Shown: one piece after another, positions 1 to 12,959 of the stretch | How the letters are laid out: the number at the start of each line of letters is the position of its first letter | How positions within the stretch are numbered: the stretch's first letter is position 1 | Source: Azolla caroliniana | Taxonomy: Eukaryota; Plantae; Polypodiophyta | Length of the DNA: 64,000 nt | Direction of reading: 5' to 3' | NCBI GenBank assembly: GCA_043228905.1 | Contig: JBHGNT010000016.1 | Span: 10,230,001 to 10,294,000, forward strand | Notes under the pieces: model-generated | Databases searched by the model: none | Told to the model about the DNA's origin: nothing | Seen by the model: only the letters and a program-made list of their open reading frames with translations | Program-made: the position numbers and the translations under genes

Positions 1-53
1 GCCCCCGCAGTCCCGTCTCGTTTCACACACAAAAGTGAAATAACCAACATATT

Positions 54-71
54 TGGTGAACCCGACATGAA
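54..71 (+). promoter_or_regulatory. Primer binding site complementary to the tRNA-Trp 3' end
   Basis: TGGTGAACCCGACATGAA just after the LTR-terminal CA. Plant tRNA-Trp ends ...TTCACGTCGGGTTCACCA (recalled), giving one mismatch. Confidence 0.8.
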
Positions 72-2600
72 AGAGGCAGCAAAGGTGTTGAAGATGAGGG
101 GATCTGAGCTTGCTGAAGCTATGGTGGTAGCCATTGACCGGCTAGTGAGCGCTCGTGAGGGAACACGTACCCTCAACAGAGCCATAGAATCGATCGTCAG
201 CACCATAGGCCGATTTGGTGGTAAGAATGCCACGAGCTATTTGGAGGCCTATCGGGACGAGATGATAATGAGGGACATCCCTGAAGACAGACGGTTGTCC
301 GGATTCCCTCGAGTGGTGACGCCGATCATCCATGGAGAGGTGCTCGAGGCGCTGGCCGGATGCCAGACATGGGAGATTTTCGGGGAGCGGCTCCTCGAAA
401 GGTATGGATTCGACGACTCACTTCGACTGTCGAAGTGGGACTTCATAGCATGGGTCGAAAGCCCTGGAAACGGGAGGAGCACATTGGTGCTCCTCCAGGA
501 ATTCGAAACACGGTTCGCGCGGTTATCGGCGTTGGACCGAACCGTGCTCGATACGAGCCGGGTACTGTTGTTCGTCAAAGCGATTGACGCATTGGACAGA
601 GAAAAGGTAGGTCTCTTGTTGGAGACCGACGAAGGGCTCACGACTGACTGGGTTGTGGTCAAAGGAGTCTGCAGTTGTTTTGACAAACGGCGGGAGTGGA
701 GTGATGAAGGGTTGTCTGCAGCGAGGCCCGTCCTGGCAAGGCAGTTCCAAGAGCCCTTGCAGCCAAGAAAAGAAGAAACCCGAAGTTGGCTTGAGACGGG
801 GTCGGCGTCGAGCGCCGTGGTCAAAGGTTCCTCCGGAGGAGTGGCACTGGAGGAGTTGACACAAATGGTGCGCGACCTCCAGATCACGCAAGCACGTCGG
901 GACCTCGGCGACCAACCTCGCGACCGAAGACCGCCGGCAGGACAGCAATGCATATGGTGCGACGCAGTCGTCCATGCCCAGAGAGACTAACACGGTGTAC
1001 CTCTGGAATGGGCGAGTGCACACCAGCGAGACTCGGAGAGCCCTGGAATTGAATACCGGGCATGGCGGAATGAAGAGGCTGATGGGTGAGGCCGCCACGC
1101 ATCACACTGAATCGGTAGGAATCCGGGTCGGGGGCAACGAAGGACAGAAGGCAAGCCACTCTGGGTTCTGGCCACTAGTGTTGGAAGGCCTCTCTGAAGT
1201 CCGGTTAAAGAAGGAAGAAGCAAACCGCGCGGAGCAGCGGATCCGAGAGGTCACCGGGTGGGACGACCCAGTCGAAGAAAAGTCTACCTTCATAGAAGCT
1301 GCATGCTAGAACTACGAGGTTTTGGTAGAAGACAAGTGAGTGGGAAAGGCTAGAGGGGCTGATCCCTTGCAATGGTATGACACCCGGTTTGGCCCAAAAA
1401 AGACTGACGCCGGCAATTCCAGCATACCGGACAAGGCTAAGCCAGCCGGGTACCAGCTGAGCATTGAGATAGAAAGAACGACAGACCTATGGAAGGTCCT
1501 CGAAGAGCGGATCCTTGACAACAAGGTGGAGTTGTCACTGAGAGAAGTGCTTGGAATCGCCAAAAAGGAGTTCCACGACTCCATTGTGGACTTGGTGAAG
1601 CACAAACGGCTCTCCACGGAACCAGAACCGGAGAAGCTCGTAGAGGTGCGGACTATGCATTTAGAGGATGCGGCCTTGGAGGACGAGTTGGCGGAAAGCC
1701 ATTATTCTAAGTTACACTAGGCCAGAGCCACTACCGAGACCCCTGTCCGGATTGGGGATGTGCAAGAGCCGGTAGTGGCGTTGATAGACCATGGATCCGA
1801 GATCAATCTGATGTCCATGGACTTTTACAAAAGGGGGAAATGGTCGATCAACACCAAACACGGCTGGAAGATACGCGCGGCGACCCGCGCTACGGAGGAG
1901 TTGCACGGGGCGTGCCCGAACGTACGCGTGAAGATCGGCGACGTCGAGATAGACCAACACTTTCTTGTGCAAGAGACGTCCTCACACCTAGTGATACTCG
2001 GCGAACCATACATCACGGCAGCACACATGGAGACAAAGGTGCTCAACAACGGCTCGGCATACGCGCGTGTGAAGTGTCAAGACGGATGACACTCCATCCA
2101 ATTTCTGACCGTAAGAGCGAATCATGAGCGTAACCACAAGACTCTCAGCAGCGACAGCCGAGGGGATTTTTCAAGAGGGCTTTCAAGGTGTGGGGCCGCG
2201 ATAGTCCGGACACGTCGGAGGAACCCCACACCTATACCATAGGTAGGAAATTTTGGCTCTCCGACAACAGAGGTTGTACGTTAACCAGCATCGGCGGCAG
2301 GGAGAAGAAGAAGGTGGAAGAGCGGCTTAGGTCATGCGGGGCTCTCCTCCCCGATGAGGAAATTAGTGGCGCCGTGGAGGCGGTCTTGTTTGACGACACC
2401 TTGGGAGAGCTGTGCAGTGTAGTCGATGAGGGCCTTAACGAAGACCGGACAATTCCGGTTAGCTCAGTGGAGATGTACGAAGTCATCACAGACTTCGTGG
2501 AAAAGATCAGGCTGGGTCGGACAGCCTACGTGAATACGAAGTACAAGATTGTGGACCGGAAGGTGAGGCCCATCGCGGCACCCTTGCCAGAGGGCAGCGT
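67..2600 (+). pseudogene. Gypsy gag-protease and pol N-terminus, disrupted by stops and frameshifts
   Basis: ORFs 67-990, 974-1309, 1340-1720, 1760-2089 and 2188-2616 are colinear with the 910-aa ORF at 33322; degenerate zinc knuckle CIWCDAVVH. Confidence 0.85.
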
Positions 2601-4725
2601 GGACACTTACATGTAAAGTGGTACTCATCCTCTATCTCTATGTGACATCGACTACATATCCTTTCCTCCCTAGGGACTCCATTAGTACGACCATTCTCAA
2701 TCTCAAGTTGGTGAGATGATGATATTCTAAGTTGTCCAAATGGCAAACCTTAGTGCATTTGGTAAGAATGCATCTAGATATTTTGTTCGTGTAATAAAAC
2801 CTAACTTAGAGAACTGCATGAAGTGTTCCTTATAGTACAACATTTTAGATGGGAATGGCTCTAGTGGGGTGATCCATTTATAACGAGTGAAAATTTGCAA
2901 TATTTCTTGGCATATTACTTTATTGCGGTCCTCATGAGATATTAAAGTGTTATCAATCGCATGTTTGTACCTAAGGGAGGTAGGTTATTAATGTCTAGAA
3001 GGTTCGCGAGAAGCCTACTCACGACCATGCCATACCATGAGCTAGTATAGCCGGACTCATACAGTGATCGAGAGGCTTCAAAGGCTTGATGAGATATCCT
3101 ATCATGTGGTTGGCTATGTATCCTGTGAATAAAGGCTGCATGTTGAAAAAGTGCCTCTACTAACATCGGGGGTGAAGTGAACTCAGCCCTAATAATGTCA
3201 TGTGGTACTATTGATTTGCTTCGGAGTTGGCGTGATAATATCATCGCCAATGGTCTCTCTAAGTACGTCCACATGAAATATGGTAGCCCTGGAGCCCAAA
3301 CCACTGATGCATACATGAGGGAGGGGGTCACTAATGAGTCAAAGAGCCACCCTTTAGTCTGTGGCTCTTGAACGTATGCTTGGTGGCATTGTCTCTCTAG
3401 GAGTGAGAGGGATGCATGTCCTCTCGTAAGCCCGTCCGTCATTGCCCGTGTCATAAAAAATTTACCTAAGTGGGCACTGAAAGTGACTCCAAGATAGACA
3501 TATGATCCAGCCACCTCAACTGGGCTATGGGAGATGGTTAGGTGACACTTAGCTCTAACTTGGGCTTATGTGTGGAAGATAAGGACTTTAGTTTTCCCTA
3601 GATTCACTACCAATCCTCATTGTGCGCAAAAGTCATCTAAGACATTAAGGTGCCTTCGTAGGTCGTGTTTGGATTCAAAGAGCAAAACTATGTTGTCTAC
3701 ATAGAGCAAGATACGAACCTGTGTATCCCTAGGGACTACTCCGTTGCATCCCTTACGGCCAATAAAATCTGTGATCTCATCAATGTAGATCCCAAAAAGA
3801 GTCAGTGATAGGGGGCAGCCTTGTTTTACACCAATAGTGCTAGTGAAGCAATTGGATAGGCCACCTGGGCATCCGACACACCCGAAGACTTGCTCATATA
3901 GTGTGGAGATCCCAAATCATGTCATATGATATCCTCAAGCTTTTAAGCCTATCAAACGATCGCTCTCTAGGGACCGTGTCAAAGGCTTTGCGGAAGTCCA
4001 AAAAACAACAATATAATTTCTTCTTGCAAGCCTTTGTCTAGTCAATTATGCATCTGTTCATGTGCGTGAAGATTTGGGGTCTCCATATAATCGCTAAGCT
4101 CTACTTCCATTACTGCACCATATAATTTAGCAAGGGTATGACCTATCATAATGGTCCTATATGTACTTGGGTCCATGACACCCCCCCCCCTTTATGTATT
4201 GGGGGCCACTGTGGTGGAAAACCCTCAGCAAGGGCACAATTTAATATTAGAGTTAGAAAGGGAGCTAGGCACTCTCGCGCATATATGATGTGTTTTGCTC
4301 GCAATCCTGTGTGGTCCATGGACTTCCTATGTTGTAATTTCTTTATGACCTTCGTGACCCTAGAGGTCGTGAAAAGTGTCACCATGGTAGGTCGGGGCGT
4401 AGAAGGCATTGGAATGGGTGGCTGCTTTGGGATTTGGTAAAGTCTCTCTGTATATGTGTGCCAAGTGTTGGGATCCTCGATGGGTGTTTGTAGTCTTTGT
4501 TCCCGTAGTCTGTTCCATGCAGTGGTGCAATTGCTACTCATGAACATATGGTAGAGTTCCCAATATTGGGATGCCACCCACGCTCGTCCCTTACGACGTG
4601 TCATCTTGCGCATTTCTTTGCGAGCTTGTACTGAGGTAATAGTGAAATTGAGTTACGATACTGTAAGTTGTCTATGTAAGTCCCTATAATCCTCATCATA
4701 CCATCTATTTTGTGGTATAGATCCT
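2601..4725 (-). mobile_element. Non-LTR retrotransposon (LINE), 3' part: RT domain and C-terminal Cys/His motif; decayed
   Basis: Minus-strand translations GVKQGCPLSLTLFGIYIDEI, ILLYVDNIVL, YVYLGVTF and LRISSHQLEIENGR...ICSRC..IEDEYHFTCKCP. Confidence 0.88.
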
Positions 4726-5168
4726 TCTTAAGAATTAGGTAATTAACTAGGGTTAATTAGTGACTAATTATGTGAGTAGTTAAGCAGTTGAAGATTATGT
4801 GATATGTGTGTGTATATGTGTGAGAGGAAGAGAGAGAGGAAGTTAACACTTATGAACACGAGACAAGATGGGGGATGATTAACTATATTAAAAAGCACCA
4901 TTGAATACAAAAATGCCCACAATGAGGTATATATACAACTCATGTACAATGGTGCACATGTGTGAGTAGAATATAGGTAGAAGGATGTAAGTCCTATATT
5001 CAATATACTTGGTAGTGGAAGATCTTGAATGTATCTCCATTTACGTATGAGTACAAAATCCTATTTAAGGGTTTAAGGTAAACACACTAACTAGATTCTA
5101 TCTAGGTAACTACTAAGTTAGGTTTGTTGACTAACTAACTAAACTAAGTTGAACTTGATATCTCAACG
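4726..5168 (-). repeat. 3' LTR of Copia A
   Basis: Direct repeat of 7923-8004, 8699-8854 and 18809-19020 once the nested inserts are removed. Confidence 0.9.
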
Positions 5169-5369
5169 CACCCCCTCAAGCTAAAGTGTGAGGCATCTAA
5201 CGTTCGCTTTCATTTTCGTCGGCTTCCGTCCGGCCTTCGGATTTCTTCAGCCTTTCCGAGGCAGTTGATTCCTCCCCCTCAAACCTGTTTCGAAGGCTTG
5301 GGTCGACTGCTTTCACCTATCGTGGGTCACAAACCACTTCTACAGAGCTCTTGGGCTCTTGTTCGGCTA

Positions 5370-7757
5370 GTACCTTCATCGCGAAGGCATAATGATGGGC
5401 CATGTACTCATTGTCGCCGAGCCGAGTGACGAGTTTCTTTTCTCTAGATGAGCGTCAAAGTTTTTCACTCGCCGATGGGCGCGCCTTCTTTACTCCAGGT
5501 GTCTGCATGATGGGCACACCAAACTCACTACCTAGTGAGCGAGCTAACACATCCGAATCACTATCGTTGTGGTGATCGACTTCGTATTCGGACATCTTAC
5601 CTTTGCATTTATCCAAGTTCGGACTTGCTCGCGACGTGCTTTGGTCATGTGAAGGCTCATGTGGGCCACTTAGCTCTGTAGAGCTTGGATTTTCCTTTGG
5701 TAAAGGACTTGGCCGAATATCGTCGTCTGAGTTGACGTTCGACTCTTTCTCGATCGGGTCGGATGGGGCCGAATCGGGCTTATACCAAGATGCCGATTCG
5801 TCGAAGACTACATCCCGACTTATCTGAACCGCTTGAGTCAAGAGGTTGAAGCAGTTGTATGCCATCTTCTCGGACGAGTATCCTACGAGGATACATTTCT
5901 TCGACTTCACACCGGGTTTCTGCTCGGGATGTGTACATTCGCAATGCTTCCGAACACCTTAAGGTGCGACAGGATCGGCTTACATCCGACAAGGAGCTCG
6001 TATGGAGTTAGCTCATCATGCACTTCATTAGTGGTGCATTGATGCATGAGATAGAGGGTTGTGGATGCCGCTTCGGCCCAATAAATGTTTGGCGCGTGCT
6101 ACCTCGAGTATTTGCCGATTCTTCCTTTCGGTGACTCCATTTTTTTGGGGTGTGTGTCGGCACAAAACTTCTCTCCAAATGCCTTCACGTTGGAGGTAGG
6201 AGATGAATTCATCGGAGAAGTACTCCTTTCCTCCATCCGATCGTAGGCATCGAATGCGCTGACTGGTTTTGTTTTCGACTTGGCTCTTGAGCATTCGAAA
6301 GTGGGAGAGCATGTCATTCTTCTTCTTCTTCGGAAAGATCCACGCGTAGCGCGAGTAGTTGTTGATGAAGGTGACGTAGTATTGGCATCCACCAATCATC
6401 GGCATTTGAGCCCGTCCCCATATATCCGAGTGTATGACGTCGAGGAGGCCTTTGCTTGCATAGCTCTCCTTTGGAGAATGGGAGTCGATGTTGTTTGTCG
6501 AGTTGACATGCTTCGCATACTCGGTCGACCCGAATGTCGGAAGTCTGATGACGACTCCCTTTGTTTGCATAGCTCGGAGCCGTTGGAGGTTTATGTGGCC
6601 GATTCTCTTGTGCCACAACTCGATGTTGGTCTCGGTCTCGAATGGGACATTGCCAATGTGTCGAATGGGATGTGTGGTGTCATCTCCTGTCTCTATGACA
6701 CCAGGTCGATACAACATTTGTAAGTCACAAAACCACTCTTGGTGTGACGTCATATGATGTGAGGCACTGGAGTCGACGAACAACACATCTTCCGCGTTGG
6801 AGGTGCTTGTGGAGTCGGAAGTCGTTATAGAGTTCGCTCTATGTCTCATTACGAATGGACCACTGTAGTCGTCGTATTCGGAGTTGTTGGCGTAGTTTGT
6901 GAGTTGTTGGCTTGTCAAAGCCAACTCACTTCTCTTCTTCTGACATTCTTCTTCGCGATGGCGGATCTTCCCACAATAGTTGCAAGTAAGTGGCATTGTT
7001 TGCCTACCTTGTTCTGCATGGAAGCTCCCCCTTCTTCCAAAGGTTCCTCGATGACTTCTGTCTTGTTGTCGAAGGTTTGAGTTCCCTTTGTTCAATGGGT
7101 CAAATCGACCTCTTCTACCGCCTCGACCTCATCCTCGGCCACCATCTGAATTCGAGAAGACCATTTGTCCTTTCGACATCCTGGTCTTGGTTCGGACGTG
7201 GTTCTCTTCAACCATTAGCATTGATTAAAGGTTGAAGAACAAAGGAGGGGTTTCCCTCGCTAAGATTGTCGTCCTCAACGAGTCAAATCGTTGTGCGAGG
7301 CCGCCCAAAGCACACATGGTCTTCGTCGACGTTTACGTTGATGGAGCCAAGCGATTTGCAAATGCTCTTGATCTTGGTGGTGTAGTTCGACACAGACATA
7401 TCCTTTTGCCGAATGTTATTCAACTCTTGTCGAAGTTGACGCTTCCGGGCGGTCATGTTGGTGGCAAAACGTTTCTTTAAGTTCGCCCACGCTTCTTTAG
7501 GTGTCTGGGTGTCTCGAATGTTGCTAAGCATGTGGTCGTGGACACATGTTGCCAAGAAATACATGACTCGACTCGCCGCTTGCTCCCATGTTGAGTAGTC
7601 GGCGTTCTTTGGGTCAGGTCAATTTCCTTGTGCGTCGTTGATGTAGCTCCAATACCCTTGGCCGACAAGGTATTTGTTCATCTTGTACTCCCAAGATGAA
7701 TAATTGCTCCGGTCTAGCTTTTCATTAGGGAGCGAGCTACCCATTTGTGTGTTCATG
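5370..7757 (-). pseudogene. Copia gag-protease-integrase remnant
   Basis: Gag MNTQMGSSLP..KLDR; zinc knuckle CNYCGKIRHREEEC; PR FVDSSASHHMT; INT VIHSDIWG...LRSDGGKEY...PQKNGVTER. The RT/RH region is missing between about 5370 and the 3' UTR. Confidence 0.88.
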
Positions 7758-8004
7758 TTGATGTAGTGTCTTCCTTTTTCGTTTTTCTTCCTTCGGTCAC
7801 GTACGTGCTACGTAGCAGCACTACGGTAGCCGATAGCCTCATTTTGTCGTCGGCGTCTAGAACACACAATCATGGAGTCGGGTGGGTTTAGTGGATTTTC
7901 TAAACCACACGTTCTGATATCATGTTAAGAATTAGGTAATCAACTAGGGTTAATTAGGACTAATTATGTGAGTAGTTAAGCAGCTAAAGATTATGTGATA
8001 TTTG

Positions 8005-8698
8005 TGTTGGGAGACAGGTCCCTCCGGATGGGAAGGGAGAAGAACAGTGTCGACGAAACGGTATGAGGAGTACCCGATTACGGAGAGCCGGATGGTGCAG
8101 GCCCGGTGAGAACCGGATGAGGAGTACCCGGCTACGGAGAGCCGGATGGTGCAGGCCCGGTGAGAACCGGATGAGGAGTACCCGGCTACGAAGAGCCGGA
8201 TGGTGCAGGCCCGGTTTGAACCGGAGGAAGAGACATATTCGTAAATATGTTTCTGAGAGCCCATCGAGGCTATATTTGTAAATAGCCGAAAAGTCATATT
8301 AGTATAAATATGACTTAGGGCAAACTTTTAGTATGATTATTGTAGTTGTTGTTATTTTTCTTGTTGGTGCAAGAAGAAGTGAGAGTGCGTAACTGTACAC
8401 ACACAGAGAGAGAGAGAGAGAGACGAGGTCGTTGCCTCTGTTGTAACCGCCGCCTGTGGCGAAGAGCGTGAGTCCGAGGTCATTGCCTCCGAGAACTCAC
8501 TGTTTTGTACTTTCATACATAGTGACAGTTTGCAGCCTGTGGGTTGCCGTGGTTTTTCCCCTAGTTTGGGGTTTTCCACGTAAACCTCCTGTGTATCTTT
8601 CTCCTCTTGGTGTCGTGTTCTATTTCCCGTTTTCAGTGTATGAAAAGAATCTCGGTTGTGGCCGAGCTTAGGGCATAAGGGAAGTGGGATTCCCGTCA
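8005..8698 (+). mobile_element. Solo LTR (probably Copia) inserted in the 5' LTR of Copia A
   Basis: TGTTGGGA...TCCCGTCA termini; TSD ATTTG at 8000-8004 and 8699-8703; GGGTTTTCCACGTAAA motif seen in Copia LTRs. Confidence 0.85.
8063..8224. repeat. 54-bp tandem repeat, three copies, inside the solo LTR
   Basis: ATGAGGAGTACCCG(A/G)..ACG(G/A)AGAGCCGGATGGTGCAGGCCCGGT.. repeated three times; gives the 18-aa repeat in ORF 8063-8281. Confidence 0.9.
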
Positions 8699-8854
8699 AT
8701 TTGTGTGTATGTGTGTGAGAGGAAGAGAGAGAGGAAGTTAACACTTATGAATACAAGACAAGATGGGAATGATTAACTATATTAGAAAGCATCATTGAAT
8801 ACAAAATATCCACAATGAGGTATATATACAACTCATGTACAACGGTGCACATGT

Positions 8855-9336
8855 TGTTAACCGGTTCTAGGGAAACACCTTCGATGAGCCCACAGGCTAT
8901 CGGTGTCAAGGGATCGTGTTACGTGGAAGCCTCTTCTACATAGGGAAACGGAAGGAGAATGGGGAGTGTACACGGGTTACAATCCGTTAGGCATAAACGT
9001 ACCTCGATTTACGAGTACGGGGAGAATACACAGATAGAAGATTAGAAAAACGAAACTTATATTAAATGATAAAGCTCACAACGATTACAGTACTCGGCTC
9101 TCAGCTGGAACAGTTAGTACAAAGCTTGCTGCTAGGATAATACTCTCGCTAAAACTGATCTAGATAATCCCCCCTTGAGTTATGCATAACTCGGGTTATA
9201 TAGTTTTCCTCTTGAGATAGAGCCAAGCCATCGGCTGATTGTGAGGGCTAAAACACGGCTATCTATTTCCTCACCTACTCTTCTACCTAACGGCGAGTTT
9301 ACATAATGTATTTATATTTCTAGCCTATGGACAACA
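8855..9336 (-). repeat. 3' LTR of Gypsy B
   Basis: TGTTAACC...GGACAACA; direct repeat of 18338-18808. Confidence 0.92.
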
Positions 9337-9338
9337 CC

Positions 9339-9378
9339 TGGCACGCCCGTGGGATAAGACTTTGTCCGTCGGACCCAC
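9339..9378 (-). other. tRNA-Arg-like 3'-half element at the PPT position of Gypsy B
   Basis: Element-sense GTGGGTCCGA-CGGACAAAGTCTTA-TCCCACGGGCGTGCCA, then GG, then the LTR TG; no purine tract. Confidence 0.8.
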
Positions 9379-9469
9379 GGTTCACAATGTAGAGGGGTAA
9401 CCATGGATTTGGCAAAAACAAAACAAATTACAAAAATTGCCCGTTTATACGAGGGCTTATAGGTTTGTT

Positions 9470-12400
9470 TTATTCCTCTTCCAATATGCCGAGGATATCC
9501 TTGGGGCGTGGGGTTGGTCTGGTTGTTCGGAAGGTGGTATTGGTGATGGAGGTTTTGTTTCCGAGTCGGGGATGGCTGTGTCATCGTGTGCGCCCTTCTC
9601 CGTTGGGACCAATTCAAGCAGGGTCATGGTAGTAGTTTGTGGCTCGAGTGGGATGTGGGGGTCTGTAGGGGCAGGTTCCTCCGGTCTGGCTTCCATGGTG
9701 GGTGGCTTGGGTCCTTGCTCGTTGGTAGTGGGAGCTCTGTTAATCCTGGTAGCTAGGCATTCCTCCTCGTAAGCTTCGGCTTCTAAGCGAAACACCATTA
9801 GATCGTCGTTGAATTCTTGTGAAAGTTGCTCGATGGCCGCGGTGTGGGACGCTGCTAAGGTATGATATTCCTCAGTTAAGTCTTCATGGAGGGTCTGGAT
9901 GTTGGTGTCATCCATCTTGTAAAACCCTCGGCCCTCCTTCCATCGGTTCTCGACATCCGCGCATAGTATGTGTAGGTTTGCGGCTTGGGCTGACCACTCC
10001 TACCAGACATGGCCAAGCGTTTCTTCGATCTTCTTGGTGAATTGTTGGCGATTCTTGTTGATCAGGATCTTGATTTTAGTATCGTCCATGCCGATGCTAG
10101 GTCGGTGAACTTCCACTTCCTCCCTTGCGGCCTTGGCTTCTTCTTGGATTTTGCGGATGAGGATCGCTAAAGTAGCTTGATTATCTTTTGCTTTTTCGGT
10201 GATGAGCACGATTGTCTGCTCATAACATTTGGTGAGCTGAGCTATAGTTTTGTCCATGTCCTATCTCCAAGCGTCCCGATGTTGGTCTCTGGTGGCGATG
10301 TGCTCTGTTTGCAACTGGTGATACCCATCGGAAATTTTTTCCCTTTGCTCTTCCGAGATCCTCCACTTCTGCATATGTTCGTTTGCCATTTCTTGTAAGG
10401 CCCTTTGATGACGTCGTAATTCCTAGTTGTCTGCGAATAGCTCTTGTTCTCGTTGGCTATTCCACTCTGCTTCTTTGATGAAACATTCTTTGGCCTCGGT
10501 GATAGAGACCTGAAGGGTCATCACCTATCCTTCTTGTTCTTTGAGTGCGGTCGAGCTTTCAGCGAGCAGTCGCTTGAGGTCAGCTTCGCGGCCTGTGGCT
10601 TGTTCCCGTAGTTGGCCAAGAATGTTGTTGTGGTTCTGTTCTGCTAACTCAGCCAGAGCGATCTGGGCCTTAAGCTCCTCTTGGTAGTTCCGAATCGGAG
10701 GCCCGGTCTAGGTTGCCGCGTGCTGGATTTGGGGAGAGGGTTCCCTGTCTGTTTGTGTAGATCATTCCGTGATGACCGGTGGTGGTGGCGTTAGCGTGGA
10801 GGCATGGCTGGTTTGGGGGTGCGGTCTGATATCTTCCCGTGATGATGGCTCGCTTGTCTGTACCAAGTCCGTCATTGTGCTGGCATCGACCATGGCTACC
10901 CTGGGGTGAGCGGTGTCATCATTGTGTGCTTCGGTACCTGGAGCGCACAGGCTCGAGTTCAGAAGAGTGGTTGGTGAGACATCATCACTTGGTGTAGGGA
11001 GGCTTAAGGGCGGTTGTTCTGGATGTTGCTGCGTGAATGTCGCCAGTTTCTCCTTAGCGGCTTGCCATAGCTTGGTAACCCGTTGGGCTTGTTGATGCGC
11101 CGTTTTGATACGTCGGGCCATGTCCTTGGCTGCCCGAGTAGTGTGGTGCAGATTTCGATATGCCTCGACTAAGGCCGTGTTCAGATATGGTAGTTCCATG
11201 AGGAGCGAAGCATTCTGTGCTTGCTTCTTCCATCCTATCTTATGTAAGGCTTGATCCTCCTGAGGTTCGATTTCTCCCATTAGAGCGCGTTGGATCATCT
11301 TTGTTTCGGCGTGCTCCTCCACAGGGAGATCTTTGTGATCGAGGACTTCCTCCTCTGATATCTGCGTGGTTTGTCCATGCTCAATCCTACCGACTTGGAG
11401 CCATGACTCCGCTGGTACCATGGTCGTGGAGGTCGGGCTGGCCTCTTTTGATTTCTGATGATGGTTGCCCTCGGTTTCTATGGTTGACTCTCGAATGATG
11501 CGGCATCTTTTTGGCGGCTGATCCTATGCATCCGGGGCCGGTGGTGTTGGCTCCTCGACCTATTTCCTCTTTTGCTGCCGTATGGTCGAGGGCTGCTGGC
11601 TTGTGGGCCGTGGGCTCGGTTATGGAGAGGGTATCGATGTCCTTGGCTTTTTCTGGCGTATAGTGACATCCTCAGTGATGCGCTCCTCGGCCTCATCCCA
11701 TTCGACACGGGGCGCTGTTAACGCCCGTTGTTTCTGTGTTTTTGGTGGGGTTGATGCCGAGCCGGAAGTAGGGTTCCGAACAGTTGAGGGAGGTGGAGAA
11801 GGCGAGGGGTCTTCCCATTCTTCCTGGTTTAATGCCAAAATCTTCTCCCGTTGTTTCCTTGGTGGTGGTGGAGACGTCAGGATGCGACGAGGGGAAACCG
11901 AGGAGGTGGGTAGAGGACTCTGAGGAAGTGATAAATCACAGGCAACAAGCGCTTACCGGTTCGAAAAGATTCAAGCGCCGCACGGGCACCTTCGCCGGTG
12001 ATGATTCCCCAATCAATTTTGTCGCCTTCATACGCCCGGATGATGATGGAAGCTTTGTTCTGTGGCATACTCGTGGGATTGGTATGCACAAAGGCGTATT
12101 CCATCAAAATCCGAGCGATCTCGCCAAAAGCTTTGTTTGGCCCTCCATACGTGCGGTAAGCATTACCCGACATCGAATACATCCCAAAATATTCCTTGAT
12201 GATCAAGTGGGGAGGGATTTCAACCTCATGGTCTCCGCCCCGCGCAAGGTCCAGAGCCGCTCGAATCATGTTGTTGGATACTGTGTCAGGGTGGATTCTG
12301 CATGCTATCGTTGGGGCGTCAGGGTGCGTTGGGGCGTCGATGACCCGTAAGTACCCACCCAGTCCTCGTTGTTGTAGCCAAGAACGGGTTTCCTGTGATG

Positions 12401-12704
12401 CGGCAAGAGGCATGGTGGATGCAAAGGTTTGCTGGCCGGAGGCGTGGGTGGAAGCGATGAGACGAGGGCGAGACAGAGCGTTGGGAGAACGTTGTTGGTC
12501 TGTGCAAGGGCTACGAGGGCAAGAGGTAGGAGTCCGGTTGTAGGGGTGATGAGAATGAGATAGAGTTGCAGAGCTTGAAGGCGGTGAAGGCAAGAACGTG
12601 TCTGAGTGAGTGGGCACGTTGTGTGTGGGGTAGTTTCTTTTATGTGACTGCCTAGAGTTTTGTGCAGGGAGAAGATCCTTGATATTCGTGGTCGTGGCTG
12701 CCAT
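9470..12704 (-). pseudogene. Extra ORF (ORF2, env-like position) of Gypsy B: conserved N-terminal domain plus long coiled-coil region; fragmented
   Basis: ORFs 11877-12704, 10762-11421, 10000-10257 and 9457-9915. EYFGMYSMSGNAYRTYGG..FGEIARILMEY..YEGDKIDW is shared with 58008-58550; ends LGILEEE*. Confidence 0.75.
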
Positions 12705-12959
12705 AATAAGATATTATGGCCACACGTCCCAGGAGTGCTACTCTGGTGTGCATGCTCTTTAAATATTCTATTTTAAAGTGGATGTGACTAGTTAGTGCGC
12801 CTAAAAAAATCTCGTGATTTGGGGTGATTAGTTAGGTAATTTTAGGTAATGCTAATTTAATTACTAAAAATCATTCCTACTATATACATTTGGTGGGTAG
12901 GTCATGATTTTACAGATGGGGACACGTGGCCTCATTCGAGGCGTCGTCCGTGTTCTGGT

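Larger units (their letters stand above)
1..2600 (+). mobile_element. Ty3/Gypsy LTR retrotransposon (tRNA-Trp-primed, non-chromovirus, Phygy/Selgy-like), copy 1: 5' LTR end, PBS, gag-PR and start of pol; 3'-truncated
   Basis: LTR ends ...ATAACCAACA at 49; PBS at 54-71. Gag (67-990 and following frames) and protease (VALIDHGSEINLM, 1760-2089) are closely similar to 33322-36054. Homology stops after KVRPIAAPLPEG at about 2600. Confidence 0.88.

Noticed and set aside
8063-8281. Repeat-containing 72-aa ORF, or a CRISPR-like array
   Set aside because: It is a plain tandem repeat with no spacers, inside a solo LTR in eukaryotic DNA.
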